DNA of 60,962 nucleotides from Gammaproteobacteria bacterium (GTDB lineage Bacteria; Pseudomonadota; Gammaproteobacteria; UBA12402): NCBI GenBank assembly GCA_018812595.1, contig JAHJDF010000092.1, positions 1 to 60,962 of the forward strand, read 5' to 3'. Shown piece by piece: positions 52,555 to 60,962 of this stretch (position 1 is its first letter; each line of letters starts with the position of its first letter). The notes under the pieces were generated by a model. It saw only the letters and a program-made list of their open reading frames with translations, ran no database searches and was not told where the DNA came from. The position numbers and the translations under genes were made by a program.

Positions 52555-53526
52555 TTGAAACACCCATTAAAAATCGTATTCGCCGGCACTCCTTCGTTCG
52601 CTGCACAACACTTAGAAGCTTTAATCCATTCTCATCGCTCGATTACGGCTGTTTTTACACAACCGGATAAAAACGCAGGGCGTGGCCGAAAAATGCAAGC
52701 AAGCGCCGTCAAACAACTCGCGCAACAACACCACCTTCCTATCTATCAACCGATTTCACTGAAAGAACCCTCTGCGATTCAAACGTTTCAACAGTTGGCG
52801 CCTGATTTATTGATCGTGATTGCATACGGCCTTGTCCTTCCAAAAGAGGTCCTTGATATCCCCCGCTTGGGCTGCATCAACGTCCACGCTTCTTTATTGC
52901 CTCGTTGGCGCGGCGCGGCCCCTATTCAGCGAGCCATTCTCAACGGGGATACGGAAACCGGCATTACCATCATGCAAATGGATAAAGGGTTAGACACGGG
53001 GCCTATGCTTACAAAAGCATCCTGCGCCATTGAATTAACCGACACAGCAGAAACATTAGAGAATCGGTTAATCACTCTTGGAAAAGACGTGCTCTTAAAA
53101 ACGCTTACGCAGTTTGAACAAGAAAAGGAAATACCCTTTATTCCTCAAAACGAAGAAAACGCTTGTTACGCAAAAAAAATCACAAAGGAAGAAGCGGATA
53201 TTCATTGGGAACAATCTGCCATACAGATTGATCGACACATTCGTGCATTCAATCCCGCGCCAATTGCATTTACGACAATACAATCAGAGCGCATACGCAT
53301 CTGGAAAGCATCGGCGTTACCCATGGAAACGCAAGAAGCGCCGGGAAAAATCCTGCAACTCAGCCCAAACGGAATCGACGTCGCAACCGGCGGCGGAGTC
53401 ATCCGGCTAGAAGTCTTGCAATTCCCTGGAGGAAAAGCACTCCCCGCAAAAGAAATCCTAAACAGTCGCCGAGTTTTCTTTGAAAAACACTGCACTTTTG
53501 ACACACATCATTACTCTCACCCGTAG
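52555..53526 (+). CDS. fmt: Methionyl-tRNA formyltransferase
   Basis: TTG start with an AAGGAG RBS. Blocks are KIVFAGTPSFA, NVHASLLPRWRGAAPIQRAI and GITIMQMD. 323 aa. Confidence 0.95.
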   Translation: MKHPLKIVFAGTPSFAAQHLEALIHSHRSITAVFTQPDKNAGRGRKMQASAVKQLAQQHHLPIYQPISLKEPSAIQTFQQLAPDLLIVIAYGLVLPKEVLDIPRLGCINVHASLLPRWRGAAPIQRAILNGDTETGITIMQMDKGLDTGPMLTKASCAIELTDTAETLENRLITLGKDVLLKTLTQFEQEKEIPFIPQNEENACYAKKITKEEADIHWEQSAIQIDRHIRAFNPAPIAFTTIQSERIRIWKASALPMETQEAPGKILQLSPNGIDVATGGGVIRLEVLQFPGGKALPAKEILNSRRVFFEKHCTFDTHHYSHP

Positions 53527-53564
53527 AAATGCAATTCATCGTACGTATATAAACGTAGTGAGTA

Positions 53565-53610
53565 TTTAAAAAGAAATTTTTCGTTTGAAGATCCCTGTCT
53601 AATGGCCATC
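53565..53610. repeat. Half-copy of the long-hairpin element seen at 2633-2754
   Basis: TTTAAAAAGAAATTTTTCGTTTGAAGATCCCTGTCTAATGGCCATC aligns with the reverse complement of 2633-2679. I saw no complementary partner arm nearby. Confidence 0.65.
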
Positions 53611-53686
53611 TAGCACTACCCTGTGGATTTTCCGATGTTAGCCAGTAAGATGCGCGCTCTTTTATTTCAATGAAGGAGCGCTCTAA

Positions 53687-55165
53687 GTGTTTGATATATG
53701 CATCATCGGCGCGGGCATCGTCGGCAGCGCTATTGCCAAAGAATTATCAAAATATCAACTGCATATATGCTGGCTAGAGAAAGGAGAAGATGTCAGCGTT
53801 GGAACAACCAAAGCAAACAGCGGAATCATTCACGGAGGCTACGCTGCAAAACACGGCACGTTAAAAGCAAAGCTGTGCAGAAGGGGCAACGAACTCTATC
53901 GTCAATGGGTCAACGACCTGCATTTTCCACTCGATATGATCGGAGCTTTTGTCATCGGCTTTAACGATGAAGACAAAGCGGTTCTTCAAAAGCTGTATGA
54001 AAATGGAATAAAAAACGGCGTCAAAGACCTACAGATAGTGGACGGCGATTTCGTTCGACAAAAAGAACCGCATTTAAATCCTGACATCACATGCGCTTTG
54101 TATGTTCCCTCGGTAGGTATCACCTCGCCTTATGAACTCGCGATTGCCTTAGCAGAAAATGCCATCACAAACGGCGTGGAATTGAGACTGAACAGCGAAG
54201 TCGTTGCGATCGAAAAAGAAAAAGATCATTTCAACATCACAACACACTACACTCCGCTTTCCGTTCATTTTGACTACCCAAAAAACATTAAAGCAAAAAT
54301 GGTCATCAATGCCGCTGGATTACACGCGGACGATGTGGCGCAATTAGTTGGATTGCACGATTTCAAAATTCATCCGCGCAAAGGCCAATATCTGCTGTTC
54401 GACAAAGACCAAGGCCCGCTTGTTAATAGTGTGGTGTTTCAAACTCCTACGCCCATCAGTAAAGGCATTTTGGTCACTCCTACCTATCACCGCAATTTAC
54501 TCATTGGTCCGGACGCTCAAGATGTTTTGGAGAAACAAGACCTTGCGACAGACGCAAGCAACTTAGCTCGTGTGGTCGAAACAGCCAAAAAAACGCTTTC
54601 CACGTTTGATCTTCGAAAAGTCATCACCTCCTTTGCAGGAAATCGCGCAGCTTCTGACCGAGGAGATTTCATTATTGAAGAAAGCAAAGTCGATGGATTC
54701 ATCAATGTCGCGGGCATTGAATCTCCAGGATTAACAGCAGCGCCTGCGATTGCGGAATACGTAATCGACATCCTTCGAAATAAAGGACTCGCGTTTACTG
54801 AAAAATCAGACTTCAAAGCACACAGAAAGCCTTATCACCATGTCGCTCTTATGAATAAAGAAGCACTAAACGCTTTAATTAAAGAATCTCCAAATTACGG
54901 TCGTATCGTGTGTCGTTGCGAAACAGTGTCTGAAGGAGAAATCGATGAAGCATTAAAAAGACCTGTTCCAATCGACACCTTCGATGCCATTAAACGTCGA
55001 ACCCGCGCAGGCATGGGACGATGCCAAGCTGGTTTTTGTACTCCAAGAATATTGGAAATTCTGTTCGATCAATTACACATGCCTATAGAAACCATTAGTA
55101 AAAACGTTAAAGGATCAGAGATTGTGATCGGACGAACCAAACGAGCATTAGAGGAAGAGAAATAA
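53687..55165 (+). CDS. FAD-dependent oxidoreductase (GlpA/LhgO-like) with a C-terminal BFD-like [2Fe-2S] domain
   Basis: GTG start with a GAAGGAG RBS. The dinucleotide fold is IIGAGIVGSAIAKEL. The C-terminal block is CRCETVSEGEI...RAGMGRCQAGFC. Confidence 0.8.
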   Translation: MFDICIIGAGIVGSAIAKELSKYQLHICWLEKGEDVSVGTTKANSGIIHGGYAAKHGTLKAKLCRRGNELYRQWVNDLHFPLDMIGAFVIGFNDEDKAVLQKLYENGIKNGVKDLQIVDGDFVRQKEPHLNPDITCALYVPSVGITSPYELAIALAENAITNGVELRLNSEVVAIEKEKDHFNITTHYTPLSVHFDYPKNIKAKMVINAAGLHADDVAQLVGLHDFKIHPRKGQYLLFDKDQGPLVNSVVFQTPTPISKGILVTPTYHRNLLIGPDAQDVLEKQDLATDASNLARVVETAKKTLSTFDLRKVITSFAGNRAASDRGDFIIEESKVDGFINVAGIESPGLTAAPAIAEYVIDILRNKGLAFTEKSDFKAHRKPYHHVALMNKEALNALIKESPNYGRIVCRCETVSEGEIDEALKRPVPIDTFDAIKRRTRAGMGRCQAGFCTPRILEILFDQLHMPIETISKNVKGSEIVIGRTKRALEEEK

Positions 55166-55166
55166 G

Positions 55167-56423
55167 ATGAAAAGTAGTTATGAATGTGTCGTGATCGGTG
55201 GAGGCCCCGCCGGCATGGCAGCAGCTGTCGCTGCAAAAAGAAACGGCATTAAAGATATTTTGATCATCGAGCGCGAAAAAGTATTAGGCGGCATTTTAAA
55301 TCAATGCATCCACAACGGATTCGGCGTACATCATTTCAAAGAAGAATTGACCGGCCCTGAATACAGCAGCCGCATGATCGATTTGGTCCGTGCAGAAAAC
55401 ATCGAATCCTTATTGGATTGCATGGTGTTATCCGTTGACACAAAAGACCGTACTGTTCACGCCATCAGTCCAGAACACGGGTATCTGCAAATCAAAGCTA
55501 AAGCAATCGTATTAGCCATGGGCTGTCGAGAACGCACACGAGGAGCCATTCGTATTTACGGCAGTCGCCCTTCCGGAGTCTTTACTGCCGGAACAGCTCA
55601 ACGACTCATGAACATCGATGGGTACATGCCAGGAAAGAAAGTCGTCATTCTAGGTTCGGGTGACATCGGTTTAGTCATGGCAAGAAGGCTCACTCTAGAA
55701 GGCGCTAAAGTTGAGATGGTGGTGGAGTTAATGCCTTATTCAAATGGCTTGCCCCGTAATACGGTGGAATGTCTGTACGATTACAACATTCCTCTCTTAC
55801 TAAGTCATACCGTTGTGCAGATTCATGGAAAAGAACGTGTAACCGGTGTCACCATTGCGAAAGTAGACGAGAACGGCAGGCCCATTAAAGAAACCGAGCG
55901 TTTTGTAGATTGCGATACGCTTCTGCTTTCAGTGGGATTGATTCCCGAAAATGAAATCTCAAGAGGCGCAGGCGTTCAATTAGATCCCATGACGCAAGGC
56001 GCAATTGTTGGCGAATCTTACCAAACCAATGTCGAAGGCATCTTTTCTTGCGGCAATGTCTTGCACGTGCACGACGTCGTCGATTTTGTCACAGAAGAAA
56101 GCTCTGTCTGTGGAGAAGGGGTTGCACGATACATTGCTAAAAATCTGCAAAATGAAATCACTCATAAGCTCACCCCAGGAGAAGGCATTCGATCCATCGT
56201 GCCACAAACCATTAACCTCAATAACCTAAACGAGAAAGTAAAACTCTATATGCGCGTCAAAGAAATTTCAGAGAAACGTGCAGTGGTCGCTTCTATTGGA
56301 GATCAAATCATCGCTAAAAAACGCGACATCAAATTCCTTCCAGCGCAAACCGTCACGCTTGAATTAAAGAAAAAAGACCTGCTTACAGCGGCCGGAAATG
56401 AAGTGGTTATATCTGTTCAATAA
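55167..56423 (+). CDS. FAD/NAD(P)-binding pyridine nucleotide-disulfide oxidoreductase family protein
   Basis: VVIGGGPAGMAAA is the first Rossmann motif and VVILGSGDIGLVMA the second. The start lies 1 nt after the upstream stop. Confidence 0.8.
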   Translation: MKSSYECVVIGGGPAGMAAAVAAKRNGIKDILIIEREKVLGGILNQCIHNGFGVHHFKEELTGPEYSSRMIDLVRAENIESLLDCMVLSVDTKDRTVHAISPEHGYLQIKAKAIVLAMGCRERTRGAIRIYGSRPSGVFTAGTAQRLMNIDGYMPGKKVVILGSGDIGLVMARRLTLEGAKVEMVVELMPYSNGLPRNTVECLYDYNIPLLLSHTVVQIHGKERVTGVTIAKVDENGRPIKETERFVDCDTLLLSVGLIPENEISRGAGVQLDPMTQGAIVGESYQTNVEGIFSCGNVLHVHDVVDFVTEESSVCGEGVARYIAKNLQNEITHKLTPGEGIRSIVPQTINLNNLNEKVKLYMRVKEISEKRAVVASIGDQIIAKKRDIKFLPAQTVTLELKKKDLLTAAGNEVVISVQ

Positions 56424-56434
56424 GAGAGAAATAT

Positions 56435-56791
56435 ATGGATACAAAAAAACTCATTTGCATTTGCTGCCCAATCGGTTGCGAGTTACAAGTCAACAAGACA
56501 GAAAATGGTGTTGAAGTCACAGGAAATAAATGTCCTCGAGGAAAGAAATACGCATTAAGTGAAATCGAAGCACCGAAACGTTATGTCACAAGTACCGTCA
56601 AAATTGAAGGCTGGATGTACCCAGTGATTTCCGTAAAAACGAAAGAACCCATTCCAAAAGAAAATATTTTTGAAGTCATGAACGTGCTTTCTGATGTCAC
56701 GATAAAAGCCCCCGTTCATGTCGGAGAGATTGTCGTAAAAAATATCCTAAATCTAGGGGTTGACATCATCGCCACAAGAAACACAGATTAA
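56435..56791 (+). CDS. DUF1667-type small Cys-rich protein
   Basis: 118 aa. The CICCPIGCEL...NKCPRG pattern matches my recollection of DUF1667. It is the third gene of the oxidoreductase trio. Confidence 0.7.
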   Translation: MDTKKLICICCPIGCELQVNKTENGVEVTGNKCPRGKKYALSEIEAPKRYVTSTVKIEGWMYPVISVKTKEPIPKENIFEVMNVLSDVTIKAPVHVGEIVVKNILNLGVDIIATRNTD

Positions 56792-56906
56792 ATCCCAGCA
56801 ATACCTGAGCTAATGCAACAACAACCAAAAACGCGAGTATTTTTGACTGCACTAGAAAAAACTCGCAAAATTCACCCTCATTATGGCTTAAAGAAGGATT
56901 TCGACC

Positions 56907-58028
56907 ATGGAATACCAAAAACGCTATATTACGGATCAGGTCGCAACCGATCTCAATCAAAAAATGGTTTTTATCGGGGGGCCAAGGCAAGTAGGAAAAA
57001 CAACACTCGCTCAACATTTCTTACCCAATACTCAATTAGGCTACTTGAATTGGGATATTCCGATGCATAGAGAAGCTATCTTGAAACGAGAATTGCCAGA
57101 TACTCCTATATGGGTCTTTGATGAAATCCATAAATACAAAAAATGGAGAGACTTCTTAAAAGGTCTCTATGATCAATATCATCATCAACGCAAGATCTTA
57201 GTAACAGGCAGTGCGCGTTTAGATTACTACCGTTATGGTGGAGATTCTTTGCAAGGGAGATATTACTTTTTGCGTCTAAATCCTCTCTCTGTTGGAGAAT
57301 TACACCTCCAATCCATGGAAGAAGTACAAACCTTGCTTACATTGGGTGGGTTTCCAGAACCTTATTTCAGCGGAAAAGAAATCGATGCCAAACGATGGTC
57401 ACGAGAATACAGACAACGTTTGATACAAGAAGACCTAGTAAGCCTAGAACATGTAAAAGACATTCAGTCTCTTGAATTGTTAATGCTCAGATTGCCTGAG
57501 CTTGTAGGATCGCCATTGTCCATCAACTCGCTTCGAAAAGACCTACAAGTAAGCCACGCGACTCTTTCGAATTGGCTCGATATCTTCACAAGACTCTATG
57601 CTATTTTTCGCTTATCTCCGTTCGGTTCTTCTCGTCTACGTGCAGTAAAAAAAGAACAAAAACACTATCACTACGATTGGACTTTGATTGATAACCCGGG
57701 CACTCGATTTGAAAACATGGTAGCCATGCACTTACTCAAGTGGGTGCAATTCGAACAAGACACAAAAGCAAGAAATTTAGACTTATGCTATTTCAGAGAT
57801 ATTGACGGCCGCGAAATTGATTTCGTCATCACAGAAAATAAACAACCTTTGACGGCTATTGAGTGCAAATGGAGTGATACAGAAATTAGTAAAAGCCTTC
57901 ATTATTTTAAAAAACGTTTTCCTCAATGTGCCGCTTGGCAAATCTCAATGACAGGAACGAAAAATTATTTATCGGCCCAAGATATTAGAGTCGCCCCCGC
58001 CTTAGAACTCTTACAGCAATTAATCTAG
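56907..58028 (+). CDS. AAA-type ATPase with a DUF4143-like C-terminal domain
   Basis: It has a Walker A motif ([10 protein letters not shown]) and a Walker B-like motif (IWVFDEIH). The C-terminal block REIDFVI resembles the restriction-endonuclease-like DUF4143 region. Confidence 0.72.
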   Translation: MEYQKRYITDQVATDLNQKMVFIGGPRQVGKTTLAQHFLPNTQLGYLNWDIPMHREAILKRELPDTPIWVFDEIHKYKKWRDFLKGLYDQYHHQRKILVTGSARLDYYRYGGDSLQGRYYFLRLNPLSVGELHLQSMEEVQTLLTLGGFPEPYFSGKEIDAKRWSREYRQRLIQEDLVSLEHVKDIQSLELLMLRLPELVGSPLSINSLRKDLQVSHATLSNWLDIFTRLYAIFRLSPFGSSRLRAVKKEQKHYHYDWTLIDNPGTRFENMVAMHLLKWVQFEQDTKARNLDLCYFRDIDGREIDFVITENKQPLTAIECKWSDTEISKSLHYFKKRFPQCAAWQISMTGTKNYLSAQDIRVAPALELLQQLI

Positions 58029-58141
58029 ACGCTCATAAAGCATCATCGGCGCTCGATAAAATAGTCATCCTGTTATCCCCTAGATACTTCCTCCAAAATA
58101 ACTATGATGCGCCCTTTATTTTTGCCCTGGAGGAATGTCAC

Positions 58142-59302
58142 ATGTCAAACGACTTCGTGTTTACATCTGAGTCTGTCTCAGAAGGACACCCCGATAAAAT
58201 TTGCGATCTCATCTCTGATAGCGTTCTTGATGCCCTCATAGCACAAGACCCCAATGCTCGTGTGGCATGTGAGTGCTATACAAAAACAGGCATGGTGCTT
58301 GTTGGCGGCGAAGTCACAACAACAGCATGGGCCGATATCGAAGCAATCACACGCAATACCGTTAAAGAGATCGGTTACAACCACTCAGATATGGGATTCG
58401 ATTGGGAATCTTGTGCTGTCTTAAGCACGATCGGGAAACAATCCCCCGATATCGCACAAGGTGTCGACGAAACAAGAACACACGAACAAGGCGCAGGAGA
58501 TCAAGGATTAATGTTTGGTTATGCGTGCAAAGAAACCGACGTCTTAATGCCGGCTCCTATCACATATGCTCATCGCCTGATGATGCGGCAAACAGAAGTC
58601 CGTAAAAACGGCACCTTGCCTTGGTTACGTCCTGACGCAAAAAGCCAGGTCACGTTTCAATACATTGATAACAAGCCACACAAAGTGGACACCGTTGTTA
58701 TTTCCACACAACACGATCCTGATATAGAAAATAAAACCATTCGCGAAGCAGTGATGGATGAAATCATCAAACCCGTCATTCCTGCAAAATGGTTAGACAA
58801 AAACACGAAGTACTTCATCAACCCAACCGGTCGTTTCGTTGTAGGCGGTCCTTTGGGCGACACCGGCCTTACCGGTCGAAAAATCATCGTTGATTCATAC
58901 GGCGGTGTTGCTCGCAGCGGCGGGGGTGCTTTTTCAGGAAAAGATCCTTCAAAAGTAGATCGTTCGGCTGCTTACATGGCTCGTTACATTGCAAAGAATC
59001 TCGTGGCTGCGGGACTTTTGGATCGCTGTGAATTGCAACTGTCGTATGCAATTGGAATCGCCGAACCAACTTCTATTTTTATCGAAACATTTGGCACTCA
59101 TAAAATAGAGGAAGAGAAAATTTCAGCACTGGTGAAAGAACATTTTGATTTGCGCCCCCGCGCCATCATCGCGCTCTTGGATCTCTTAAGACCTATTTAT
59201 AAAGCCACTGCGGCTTACGGCCACTTTGGCAGAGAAGAAGATTCCTTTACCTGGGAAAGAACCGACAAAGCAGAAATGCTGAAAGAAATAGCGGGAATTT
59301 AA
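58142..59302 (+). CDS. metK: S-adenosylmethionine synthetase
   Basis: Blocks are [25 protein letters not shown] and [16 protein letters not shown]. 386 aa. Confidence 0.97.
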   Translation: MSNDFVFTSESVSEGHPDKICDLISDSVLDALIAQDPNARVACECYTKTGMVLVGGEVTTTAWADIEAITRNTVKEIGYNHSDMGFDWESCAVLSTIGKQSPDIAQGVDETRTHEQGAGDQGLMFGYACKETDVLMPAPITYAHRLMMRQTEVRKNGTLPWLRPDAKSQVTFQYIDNKPHKVDTVVISTQHDPDIENKTIREAVMDEIIKPVIPAKWLDKNTKYFINPTGRFVVGGPLGDTGLTGRKIIVDSYGGVARSGGGAFSGKDPSKVDRSAAYMARYIAKNLVAAGLLDRCELQLSYAIGIAEPTSIFIETFGTHKIEEEKISALVKEHFDLRPRAIIALLDLLRPIYKATAAYGHFGREEDSFTWERTDKAEMLKEIAGI

Positions 59303-59304
59303 TT

Positions 59305-59349
59305 GTCATCCCTAGCGAATCGTTATCCCCGCGAAAGCTAAGGATCCAG
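59305..59349. repeat. Degenerate REP-like palindrome between metK and ahcY
   Basis: GTCATCCCTAGCGAATCGTTATCCCCGCGAAAGCTAAGGATCCAG. Confidence 0.8.
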
Positions 59350-59389
59350 AAAAATTGAAATAACAACCTCCCTTCTATAGGAAACACAC

Positions 59390-60682
59390 ATGACTCAAAA
59401 CTACAAAATCGCTGACATTTCCCTCGCGGCTTGGGGAAGAAAAGAAATCGAAATTGCCTATTCCGAAATGCCGGGTCTCATGGCCTTGCGTGAAGAATAC
59501 AAAGAACAAAAACCATTAAAGGGTGCTCGCATTACAGGCTGCTTGCACATGACCATTCAAACAGCCGTGCTGATTGAAACGTTAGTCATGTTGGGCGCTA
59601 GCGTACGTTGGTCTTCCTGCAATATCTTTTCAACACAAGACCATGCTGCCGCTGCTGTTGCAGAAATGGGTGTACCGGTCTTCGCATGGAAGGGTGAAAC
59701 AGAAGAAGAATATTGGTGGTGTATTGAGCAAACATTATCTGGACCGAATAACTGGCAACCAGATCTTTTGATCGACGACGGCGGCGACTTGACTCAGGTC
59801 ATTCATGAAAAACATCCAGAACTGTTGTCCAACATTCGAGGCTTATCCGAGGAAACAACCACCGGCGTGCATCGCCTTTACGAAATGGAAAAACAAGGGT
59901 TATTAAAAACAGCGGCCTTTAATGTGAACGATTCCGTCACGAAATCTAAATTCGATAATTTATACGGCAGTCGAGAATCTTTAATTGATGGCATTAAACG
60001 CGCCACAGACGTCATGGTCGCCGGAAAAACTTGTGTCATTTTAGGCTATGGCGACGTGGGAAAAGGATGTGCACAAGCTTTCAAAGGAATGCATGCAAAG
60101 GTCTATGTCACTGAATGCGACCCTATCTGCGCATTGCAAGCAGCGCTGGAAGGCTACCAAGTCGTTGACATGAACGATGCCGCGAAATACGGCGACATTT
60201 TTGTCACTGCAACCGGTAATGTAAATGTCATTAACTTAGAACACATGAAGGCAATGAAAGACGAAGCCATCGTTTGCAACATCGGTCACTTTGATTCTGA
60301 AATCGATGTCGCTTCGCTGCGCGGCTATCGCTGGGAAAACATTAAACCGCAAGTGGATCACATCATTTTCCCAGACGGAAAACGTTTGATTCTGTTGGCG
60401 GAAGGACGTTTGGTGAATCTAGGGTGCGCCACAGGACATGCAAGCTTCATTATGTCCGTATCTTTCACGAACCAAATCCTCGCGCAACTCGAGCTTTGGA
60501 AGAATGCGAATCGATATGAACACAAAGTTTATGTGTTACCTAAATTACTCGACGAAAAAGTAGCGCGCTTACATCTCGATCGATTGGGAGTTGATTTAAC
60601 GCAACTCTCAGAAGAACAAGCCAATTACATCAATCTAAAAAGCACCGAAGGCCCATTCAAACCGGACTACTATCGGTATTAA
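59390..60682 (+). CDS. ahcY: Adenosylhomocysteinase
   Basis: Blocks are [38 protein letters not shown] and the C-terminal KPDYYRY. 430 aa. Confidence 0.97.
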   Translation: MTQNYKIADISLAAWGRKEIEIAYSEMPGLMALREEYKEQKPLKGARITGCLHMTIQTAVLIETLVMLGASVRWSSCNIFSTQDHAAAAVAEMGVPVFAWKGETEEEYWWCIEQTLSGPNNWQPDLLIDDGGDLTQVIHEKHPELLSNIRGLSEETTTGVHRLYEMEKQGLLKTAAFNVNDSVTKSKFDNLYGSRESLIDGIKRATDVMVAGKTCVILGYGDVGKGCAQAFKGMHAKVYVTECDPICALQAALEGYQVVDMNDAAKYGDIFVTATGNVNVINLEHMKAMKDEAIVCNIGHFDSEIDVASLRGYRWENIKPQVDHIIFPDGKRLILLAEGRLVNLGCATGHASFIMSVSFTNQILAQLELWKNANRYEHKVYVLPKLLDEKVARLHLDRLGVDLTQLSEEQANYINLKSTEGPFKPDYYRY

Positions 60683-60754
60683 AAAGCGAACTTGTCTGGA
60701 ATGCGTTCCCGACAAGTCTCCCTAAAAAGGTGCGTAATTTATTGATTTTTTTCT

Positions 60755-60800
60755 AGATCCCCGCATCCGCGGGGATAACAAAATGCGCGGATTGCAACAG
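60755..60800. repeat. REP-like palindrome with a GCGGATTGCAAC terminal module
   Basis: AGATCCCCGCATCCGCGGGGATAAC-aaaat-GCGCGGATTGCAACAG. Confidence 0.8.
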
Positions 60801-60811
60801 TCCCTTAAAAC

Positions 60812-60837
60812 GTAGAGATACGATTCATCGCGTCTCC
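60812..60837. terminator. Third member of the AGAGACGCGA...TCGCGTCTCT hairpin family
   Basis: GTAGAGATACGA-ttca-TCGCGTCTCC is followed by TAGAACT, as at 42305. Confidence 0.35.
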
Positions 60838-60905
60838 TAGAACTGCTTGCAATAAACCTGCACTCACATAAAATATACTATATATAATATATTTATATGG
60901 AGATT

Positions 60906-60962
60906 GAGGTCGCTGGTGGTGGTCGGTAGTAGTGGTCAGGTCGCTGGTGGTCGTAGTGGTCG
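60906..60962. repeat. Low-complexity GGTCG/GGTGG-rich imperfect repeat running off the window end
   Basis: GAGGTCGCTGGTGGTGGTCGGTAGTAGTGGTCAGGTCGCTGGTGGTCGTAGTGGTCG. The motif GGTCGCTGGTGGT occurs twice. It is truncated by the window end. Confidence 0.6.

Noticed and set aside
58029-58141. SAM riboswitch upstream of metK
   Set aside because: I could not find conserved SAM-I or SAM-II sequence or structure elements by eye in the 113-nt leader.

Overview
This window is an AT-rich gammaproteobacterial chromosome segment of Legionellales type. All protein family calls come from reading the translations against remembered motifs and gene order; no database search was run. The gene order is closest to the single-locus Coxiella arrangement as I recall it.

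The window is dominated by an apparently intact Dot/Icm type IVB secretion system:
- Minus strand, 7.7-22.6 kb: icmB(dotO)-icmJ-icmD-icmC-icmG-icmE-icmK-icmL, then icmO(dotL)-icmP(dotM), then icmQ-icmS-icmT.
- 22.8-31.5 kb: dotD-dotC-dotB (+), a divergent BCCT-like transporter, dotA-icmV (-), and icmW-orf-icmX (+).
- 42.4-46.2 kb: a separate icmH(dotU)-icmF pair, immediately preceded by csrA and fis.

Three things differ from the canonical locus. There is no icmR/FIR gene between icmS and icmQ. There is no icmN(dotK) or icmM(dotJ) between icmO and icmL. DotG is short, with novel roughly 63-aa repeats.

The flanks and the 31.5-42.3 kb insert carry housekeeping genes: dcd, ihfB, two GT39/ArnT-like glycosyltransferases, kdsB, yicC, a GT2-GtrA fusion, rph, tRNA-Gly(CCC), an L,D-transpeptidase, a type IV pilin, an RRM protein, an MscK-like channel, hemX-hemY, def, fmt, metK and ahcY. 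They also carry several orphans: a 1001-aa two-TM protein with an adhesin-like ectodomain, a 448-aa protein and a 196-aa CxxC protein. A three-gene FAD-oxidoreductase/DUF1667 cluster plus an AAA ATPase sits between fmt and metK.

Many of the larger intergenic regions are colonised by a REP-like palindromic repeat family (GTCATCCCCGCGAAAGCGGGGATCCAG and variants). These are often tandemly amplified and produce many spurious ORFs in the six-frame track. I found no transposase, integrase, CRISPR array or rRNA.
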